A stretch of 57,630 nucleotides of DNA from positions 1 through 57,630 of the forward strand of contig JBBISH010000027.1 of NCBI GenBank assembly GCA_037441385.1, in the 5' to 3' direction. Numbering within the stretch: the first letter of the stretch is position 1; the number at the start of each line of letters is the position of its first letter. Positions 1 to 9,100 of this stretch are shown piece after piece. The notes below the pieces were generated by a model. The model worked only from the letters and a program-made list of their open reading frames with translations. It was not told the origin of the DNA and ran no database searches. The DNA is from Myxococcales bacterium (GTDB lineage Bacteria > Myxococcota_A > UBA9042). A program made the translations under genes and the position numbers.

Positions 1-187
1 GCAACCGTCGCAGCCAAGTCCCCCCAAACCACCCTGCCCGCTCGTGATTTGAACCCAGCATCGCACCGCTCCCCGGATCCCTGTTCGCGGTTGAGCAGCA
101 GTTCAGACAGGCCGAACAGGAGCAAATCAGGTGGGACCCGCATGACCTGACCCACCGGAGGGCCCAGCGCGGGCCAGTGAGGACGCC

Positions 188-3100
188 ATGGAGTTGCCGC
201 AGTTGCCCCGTCGCCGCTGGTCCAACGCTGCCGTGCGGCTGGCGGCGTTGCTCGCCCTGGCCTCGGCAGGTGCGCCCGGTTGCCTGCAGCTCACGCCCAA
301 GACCGCCCAGACGGCGGCCACCGAAGAGCCCGTAGAAGAAGAGGATATCGCCACCGAAGAGGACCAACAGGCGCCCGCGGCCGATGCGCTGGTCGACACA
401 GCGGCGCCCAGCGACGTGGTGGCACCGGCTGAAGTCGACGCAGGTCCCGACAGCCCGGATGCGACGGATGCAACTGCAGATTTGGCGGAAGACGGCGGCG
501 CTGGCAGCCCAGACACTGGCGAAGACACCCCGGTCGAGGACGCGGGCGGAGAGGTCGGCGCGGCCGGCGATGCGACCGCATCCGCAGACACCACAGCCAA
601 TTGCGCGAGTGGCTGCGACGACGGCAACGCCTGCACCCAAGACAGCTGCGTCGCGGGCACTTGCAAGTACAAGAAGCTGGGCGGCATCGATTGTGACGAT
701 GGCAACCCTTGCACGTACAACGAGTTGTGTAGCAATGGCGCCTGCGTCGGCGGACTGTCCAAGAACTGCAGCGACGGCCAGGATTGCACCCTGGACGCCT
801 GCGACCCGGCCAGCGGCTGCACCCACGTCAACCAAGATGGCGCGTGCGACGACGGCAACGTCTGCAACGGCGAGGACTCGTGTCAGGCCGGCAAGTGCGT
901 CGGGGCCGGCGCCCTGGATTGCGACGACGGCAACCCGTGCACCCAAGACACCTGCGCGAATTCCATGGGCTGCCAACACAGCAGCGGCAACGGCACCTGC
1001 GACGACGGCGACCCGTGCACCGCCGGCGACACCTGCCAAAAGGGCAGCTGCGTTGGCGGCAGCCCCACCCAGTGCGACGACGGCAACCCGTGCACGCTCG
1101 ACGGCTGCGACCCCGCTACGGGCTGCGTGGCGGTAGCCGGCCCCGAGGGGCCCTGCAACGACGGCAGCGCATGCACCACCGGCGACGCTTGCAGTCAGGG
1201 CGGGTGCGCCGGCACCCCCACCGTGTGCGTCGACCAGAATCCGTGCACCAGCGAATCCTGTGACCCGGTCAAGGGTTGCGTGTACCTGCCGCTCGCGGCC
1301 ACGGCATGCGACGACGGCAGCAGCTGCACGCAGCAAGATGCCTGCCAAAATGGCAAATGCACCGGCACGGGCGGCCCCGATTGCGACGACGGCAACCCGT
1401 GCACCGACGATGGCTGCAGCCCCCAAACCGGCTGCAGTCACAAGTTCAACACGGCCGCGTGCGAAGATGGCGAACCTTGCACCACCGGCGATACCTGCGC
1501 CGCGGGGACCTGCACGGCCGGAACTCCAAACCTGTGCGACGACTCGCTCCCCTGCACCGCGGACTCGTGCGCAGCCGGCCAAGGCTGCGTCCACACCGCC
1601 AGCACCGACGCCTGCAGCGACGGCAACGAGTGCACGACCGGCGACACCTGCGCGGACGGCGCCTGCGTCGGTGGCAGCGCAGACCCGTGCAACGACAGCA
1701 ACCCGTGCACTGCCGACGGCTGTGTCCCCGGCAAGGGCTGCACGCATCAGGCAACCCCGGCCAAGAGCTGCGACGACGGCGATCCCTGCACCACCGGCGA
1801 CACCTGCCAGACCGCCAAATGCACCGCCGGGCCTGCGGCCAAGTGCGACGATGGCAACAAGTGCACCGACGACCTTTGCCTGGTCGGCTACGGCTGCGTC
1901 GCCAAGCCCAACAAGGCGACCTGCAGCGACGGCAATGCATGCACCACCGTGGACCTGTGCAGCGGCGGTAGCTGCGGCGGCAGCACGGCCCCCAACTGCG
2001 ACGACAACAACCCGTGTACCGACGACGGTTGCTCGCCCCAGACCGGTTGCAGCCACACGCCGGCCGACGGCGACTGCAGCGACGGCGACGCGTGCACGGC
2101 CCCAGACACCTGCACCAAGGGCGTCTGCGTGGGCGGTGCCGCCACCAACTGCGACGACGGCGACCCATGCACCGTAGAGAGTTGCGATGCCAAGCTGGGC
2201 TGCCTGGCCAAGGCGGGCGGGACCGCGCCGTGCGACGACGGCAATCCCTGCACCAACTCTGAGGCCTGCAAAAACGGCGCGTGCAGCGGCGGCGCGGCGA
2301 CCAACTGCAGCGATGGCAACCCCTGCACGGCCGACGCCTGCGATCCAACCACCGGTTGCACCGCCACCCCCATCAGCGCCGCGTGCTCGGACGGCGACGC
2401 TTGCACCGCGGGCGATGCGTGCCAAAACGGCAAGTGCACCAGCGCGGGCACGACCAACTGCGACGATGGCTTGGAATGCACGGACGACGCGTGCAACCCC
2501 AAGTCGGGCTGCAGCCACACCGCCAACACGCAGGCCTGCGACGACAACAACCCGTGCACCACGGGCGAGACCTGCAGCGGCGGCAGTTGTGCTGGCGGCA
2601 AACCGAGCAACTGCGACGACGGGCTCCCGTGCACGGGCGACGGTTGCACCGCCCTGGGCGGCTGTGTCCACACGCTGACCACTGGCCCCTGTAGCGACGG
2701 CAACGCCTGCACCGGCACCGATACTTGCCAGGGCGGCCAATGCGCGGGCGGCGCCCCGGTGGCCTGCAACGACGGCAAGGTCTGCACCACCGATGCCTGC
2801 GACCCCAAGCAAGGCTGCGTCTTTGCAGCCAATCAGGACGCCTGCACGGACGGCAACAGCTGCACCACCGGCGATGTCTGCACCGGCGGAACCTGCAAGC
2901 CCACGGGCAGCCAAGACTGCGACGACGGCAACGCCTGCACCAGCGATGCGTGCGTGAACGGCGTGGGCTGCACCCACGTGGGCACCAGCGGCACCTGCGA
3001 CGACGGCAACGCTTGCACTACCGGCGACGCTTGCGCCAGCGGCGTGTGCAGCGGCAGCGGCGGCGACTGCGACGACGGCAAGCCCTGCACCCAAGATACC

Positions 3101-6100
3101 TGCGACCCGCAGCAGGGTTGCTCGAACGTGGAACTGCCGGTCGGCAGCACCTGCGCCGAGGCCGTGGTCTGCTCCCCCGCCGATTGCGACGACAAAAATA
3201 CTTGCACCAACGACACGTGCAGTACCAAGCAAGGATGCGTTCACACTCCCAACTTCTCGGCCTGCGACGACGGCAAGCCCTGCACGGTGGTCGATGCGTG
3301 CAGCCAAGGCAGCTGCGGCGGCAAGACCGCGCCGTGCGGCGACGACAACCCCTGCACGGTGGACTCGTGCGATCCGACCGTGGGCTGCATGCACGTGCCC
3401 GCGCCGTCGGCCTGCGACGACGGCAACGCCTGCACCCTGAGTGACGCATGTTCGGCCGGTCTCTGTGTCAGCGGCCCCAACCTCAACTGCGACGACCAGA
3501 ATCTTTGCACCGCGGACAGCTGCAATTCCAAGACCGGCTGCGCCCACACCGCCAACACCTTGCCCTGCGACGACGGCAGCGCCTGTTCGCTAGGCGATAC
3601 TTGCAGCAACGGCACCTGCAAGGGCGCCGCCGTGCTCGGCTGCGACGACGGGATCAGCTGCACTTCGGACAGCTGTGCGCCGGCCACTGGCTGCGTTCAC
3701 ACCGCCAACACCCTGGCCTGCAGCGACGGCAACGCCTGCACCCAAGGCGATGTCTGCGCCGGCGGCAGCTGCCAGCCCGGGACCACGGCCGCCTGTAGCG
3801 ACGCCAATCCATGCACCGCCGACAGTTGCGACAAGTCCGCGGGTTGTGTCCATGTCGCCACGACCGGCACCTGCGAAGACGGCAGCGCCTGCACGGTTGG
3901 CGACACTTGCACGGGTGGCACCTGCAAACCCGGCGCGGCGCCCAACTGCGACGACCAAAACCCTTGCACCAGCGATGGTTGCGATGCCAAGCTGGGCTGT
4001 GTGCACCCGGCCAACTCTGCGCCGTGCAGTGACGGCAAAGTCTGCACCACCAGCGACGTGTGTAGCGGCGGCAGCTGCGCGGGGGGGCCGCCGCCCACCT
4101 GCGATGACAAAAATGCTTGCACCGTCGACCTTTGCGACGTGAGCGCCGGTTGCGTCCACAGCGCTACCGTTGGCCCGTGCAGCGACGGCAACGCCTGCAC
4201 CACCGGCGACACCTGCAGCGGCGGCGTCTGCAAGGGCGGCGCGGTCCAAACCTGCGACGACAACAACCCGTGCACCAACGACACCTGCAACGTGACGATT
4301 GGCTGCAGCCACACCGCCAACAGCGCACCGTGCAGCGACGGCGACATGTGCACGGTCGGCGACGCTTGCTCGGCCGGCACCTGCACCGGCACCCCGCTGG
4401 CCTGCGACGATGGCAACCCCTGCACCAGCGACACCTGCCAGACCGGCAGCGGCTGCAGCCACAGCGCGTTGGCCGACGGCGCCAGCTGCGACGATGGGGA
4501 TCCCTGCACCAGCGGCGACCAGTGCCTTGCGAGCGCCTGCAAGGCCGGCGGGGCCAGCAACTGCGACGACAACAAGCCGTGCACCACAGATACTTGCAAC
4601 TCCAGCACGGGCTGTGCCCACACCCAAGTAGCCGAGGGCAGCGGCTGCAGCGACGGCAACCCTTGCACCATCGGCGACACCTGCGGCGGCGGTGTGTGTT
4701 TGCCCGGACCGGTGTCGGCTACCTGCGCCAACGTCTGCCTCAGCAAGGGCATCGATTGCAGCGACGGCAACGGCTGCACCGTGGACACCTGCAACCCCAG
4801 CACCGGCGCGTGCGCCCACACCGCGGCGCCCAACGGGACCACCTGCGACGACGGCAAACCCTGCACGACCGCTGATGCCTGCAAGAACGGCGCTTGCACG
4901 GGCAATGCCGGAGCCTGCAGCGACAACAACCCTTGCACGGTCGACACATGCGACCCGGCCAGCGGCGCCTGTAGCTTGGCCAACGCCGCGACCGGCACCG
5001 CCTGCAACGACGGCAACGCCTGCACCCTGGGCGACACCTGCAGCAGCGGCACGTGCGGCGGCCCGCCCAAGCTGTGTAGCGACGGCAACACTTGCACCGA
5101 CGATGTGTGCAACCCCAGCACCGGTAGCTGCAGCTACCCGCTGCGGGCCGACGGAGCCAGCTGCGACGACAAAAACCTGTGCACCGTGGCCGAGATCTGC
5201 AAGTTGGGCGTTTGCACCGGCCCCGCCGTGGTCTGCGACGATGGCAACCCTTGCACCGGCGACGCGTGCGACCTGAACACCGGCAAATGCAGCTTCTTTG
5301 CAGTCAGCGACGGCACGACCTGCAACGACGGGGCCGCGTGCACCGCGAGCGACGTTTGCAAGTCTGGCAAGTGCACCGGCACGGCCAAGGTCTGCAACGA
5401 CAACAACCCTTGCACCATCGACAGTTGCGATGCCTCTTCGGGAAGTTGCGTGGCGGCGACCCTGCCCGACAGCTCGGCCTGCAACGATGGCAGCGCCTGT
5501 ACCGCCACGGATTACTGTCAAGCGGGCAAGTGCACGGGCACCGCCAAGGTCTGCACCGACAGCAACCCCTGCACCGTGGACACTTGCGTCCCGGCCAGCG
5601 GCGCGTGCTCCTTTGCAGCGGGCGCCGACGGTCAGCCGTGCGACGATGGCATGGCGTGCACCCAGAGCGACGCCTGCAAAGCGGGCAAATGCATCGGCAC
5701 GGCCAAAGTCTGCAGCGACAGCAACCCGTGCACGATCGACGCGTGCTCGGCGCTCACCGGCTTGTGCACGTATAGCAACGCCGCCGCCGGCACCGCCTGC
5801 GACGACGGCAGCGCCTGCACCAGCAGCGATGCCTGCAGCGCCGGCCTTTGCAAAGGCACCGCCAAGGTCTGCAACGACGGGCTCCCCTGCACGGCCGACA
5901 CCTGCAATCCGGTCAGTGGTGCGTGCTCTAGCACCGCCCTGCCCAACGGCCTCAACTGCGACGACGGCAAGGCCTGCACCCAGGGCGACGCCTGCCAACA
6001 GGGGGCCTGCACGGGCGCCGCCGTGGTCTGCAGCGACAGCAACGCCTGCACCACCGACGCCTGTAACCCCACCACCGGCCTGTGCACCTTTGCGCCAGTC

Positions 6101-9100
6101 TCTGGCGGCACTTGCGACGACGGCAACCCGTGCACCAGCAGCGACACCTGCAAGTCGGGCAGTTGCACCGGCACCGCCAAGAGCTGCGACGACGGCAACC
6201 AGTGCACCGTGGACACCTGCAACCCCGCGACAGGTCTTTGTTCGTCGAGCAACCTGGCCGACGGCAGCCCCTGCAACGACGGCGACGCCACCACCAACCC
6301 CGACACCTGCACCGGCGGCGCCTGCAGCGGCCCCACCAAGGTCTGCGACGACAAGAACGTCTGCACCAGCGACACACTGGATCCCAAGACGGGCACGTGC
6401 GTTTTTGCCGCGCTGGGGAGCCAGACCCTGTGCGACGACGGCGTGCTCTGCACGGTGAACGACGCCTGCGCCATGGGCAAGTGCATGGGCACCGCCAAGA
6501 ACTGCAGCGACGGCAACCCGTGCACCAGCGACCTGTGCGAGTCGAGCAGCGGCGCGTGCAAGAACCTGGTCGTCGCGGACGGCACGGCCTGCAGCGATGG
6601 TCAAGCCTGCACCTTGAGTGACAGCTGCAAAGCCGGCACCTGCACCGGCTTGGCCAAGGTCTGCAGCGACGGCAACGCCTGCACCAGCGACAGTTGCGAC
6701 CCCAGCAGCGGCGCATGCGTGTTCGCCAACACCGCGGCCGGCAGCCCCTGCAGCGACGGCAAGCCCTGCACCGTGGGCGATGCCTGCCAGGGCGGCACCT
6801 GCACAGGTAGCGCAAAGGTCTGCGACGACAGCAACCCTTGCACCACCGACACTTGCGACACCGGCACCGGCAACTGCACCGCGGTCGCCGTCGCCAACGG
6901 CACCGGCTGCAACGACGGTCAGGCGTGTACCGGCAGCGACGCCTGCCAAAACGGCAGCTGCGTCGGCATCGCCAAGGTGTGCAACGACAACAACGCGTGC
7001 ACCGTGGACACGTGCGACCCGGACACCGGCGCCTGTAGCGCGGCCCCAGTCAGCGACGGAGCACCGTGCAGCGACGGCCAGGCCTGCACCACCGGCGACG
7101 TCTGCAAGTCGGGCAGTTGTACCGGCACCGCCAAGGATTGCGGCGACGGCAACCCCTGCACCACCGATGGCTGCAACCCCGCAACGGGCCAGTGCACCAC
7201 CACCCTGGTCCCCGACGGCGGCCCCTGCAACGACGGCCTGGCCTGCACCCAAAATGACGCGTGCAAGGCCGCGAGCTGCAAGGGCACGGCCACCAATTGC
7301 GACGACAGCAATCCTTGTACCACCGACAGTTGCGACCCCAGCACGGGCGCGTGCAAGAACCCGCCCGTCAGCGACGGCAGCAGCTGCGACGACGGCGCGT
7401 TCTGCACCGTCAGCGACGCCTGCAAACAAGGGACCTGCGCAGGCACGACTCGCAGCTGCGACGACAGCAACCCTTGCACCACCGACACTTGCAGCGACCT
7501 GACCGCCGCGTGCATCCTTACGCCCCTGACCAGCGGCACGCCGTGCGACGATGGCAAGCCGTGCACCACCGCCGATGCCTGCCAAGTGGGCTACTGTGTG
7601 GGCAAGGCCAAGGTCTGCGACGACAGCAACGTTTGCTCAAGCGACGCCTGCAACACGGCCAACGGCAATTGCGTATTCAGCCCCGTCAGCAATGGCACGT
7701 CGTGCAGCGACAGCGACGCGTGTACCAGCCTGGATAGCTGCCAAGCAGGAGCCTGCAAGGGCACCGCCAAGCTGTGCAACGACAGCAATGTTTGCACCAC
7801 GGACTCGTGCAACTCCAGTAGCGGCAACTGTGTTTTTGCCAACGTCACCGACGGAGCGAACTGCGACGACGGCAAGCTCTGCACACTGGCGGACGCTTGC
7901 TCGTCGGGCACCTGCGCGGGCACCCCTAAGAGCTGCAGCGACGGCAACGCTTGCACCGCCGACACGTGCGACCCGGCCAGCGGGACCTGCGCATCGGTCG
8001 CCGTACCGCCCGGCGGGGCCTGCGACGATGGGCAACCGTGCACAGCCGGCGACGTCTGCACCGGCGGCACTTGCGCCGGCACGCCCCAAGTCTGCAACGA
8101 CGGCAATGTTTGCACGACCGACAGCTGTGACCCGGGCAGCGGTACCTGCGTCGCGACCAACGTCGCCGACGGCACCCTGTGCGACGACGGCGTAGCGTGC
8201 ACCCAAAGCGACGCGTGCAAGGGCGGCGCGTGCGCCGGCGCCCCAAAAGTCTGCAACGACAATAGTGTATGCACCCAGGACAAGTGCGACTTCAACACCG
8301 GCAACTGCGTCTACACCAACCTGACCGACGGCACCAACTGCAACGACAACAACCCGTGCACCGCCTCTGACAAGTGCGCCGCTGGCGCTTGCACGGGCCA
8401 GACCAAGGTGTGCAACGATGGCAACGCCTGCACCACCGACGCCTGCAACACGACCAGCGGCGTCTGCGTGTTTGCCAACGCGACCGACGGCACCCTGTGC
8501 GACGACGGCAAACCCTGCACCACCCAAGACAACTGCAAGGCGGGCGCCTGCACAGGTACGGCCAAGGTGTGCGACGATGGCAGCACTTGCACCACGGACG
8601 CGTGCAATGCCCTGACCGGCGCGTGCGTGTTCACCAAGTTCACCGACGGCACGGCGTGCGACGACGGCAAGTCGTGCACGCAATCCGACCAATGCACCGC
8701 TGGCGCTTGCACGGGCACGCTCACTCCGTGCAACGACAACAATCCGTGCACCAGCGACACCTGCAACAGCGGCACAGGCAACTGCGTCTTTGTGGCCGTT
8801 GCGGACAACACCGCCTGCGACGACGCCAGCAAGTGCACGAGTGGCGACGCCTGTAAGTCGGGCACATGCGCCGGCACGGCCAAGGTCTGCAACGACGGCA
8901 AGGCGTGCACCGACGACTTTTGCGTCCCCAGCCTGGGCATTTGCGACGCGGTCTTCAGTCCCGACGGCAGCCCGTGCGACGACGGGGTGGCCTGCACCAG
9001 CAACGACTCTTGCACCACGGGCGTTTGCAGCGGCATCGCGGCGGCGTGCGACGACGGCAACGACTGCACGGCCGATACCTGCAATGCGCAAGGCACCTGC

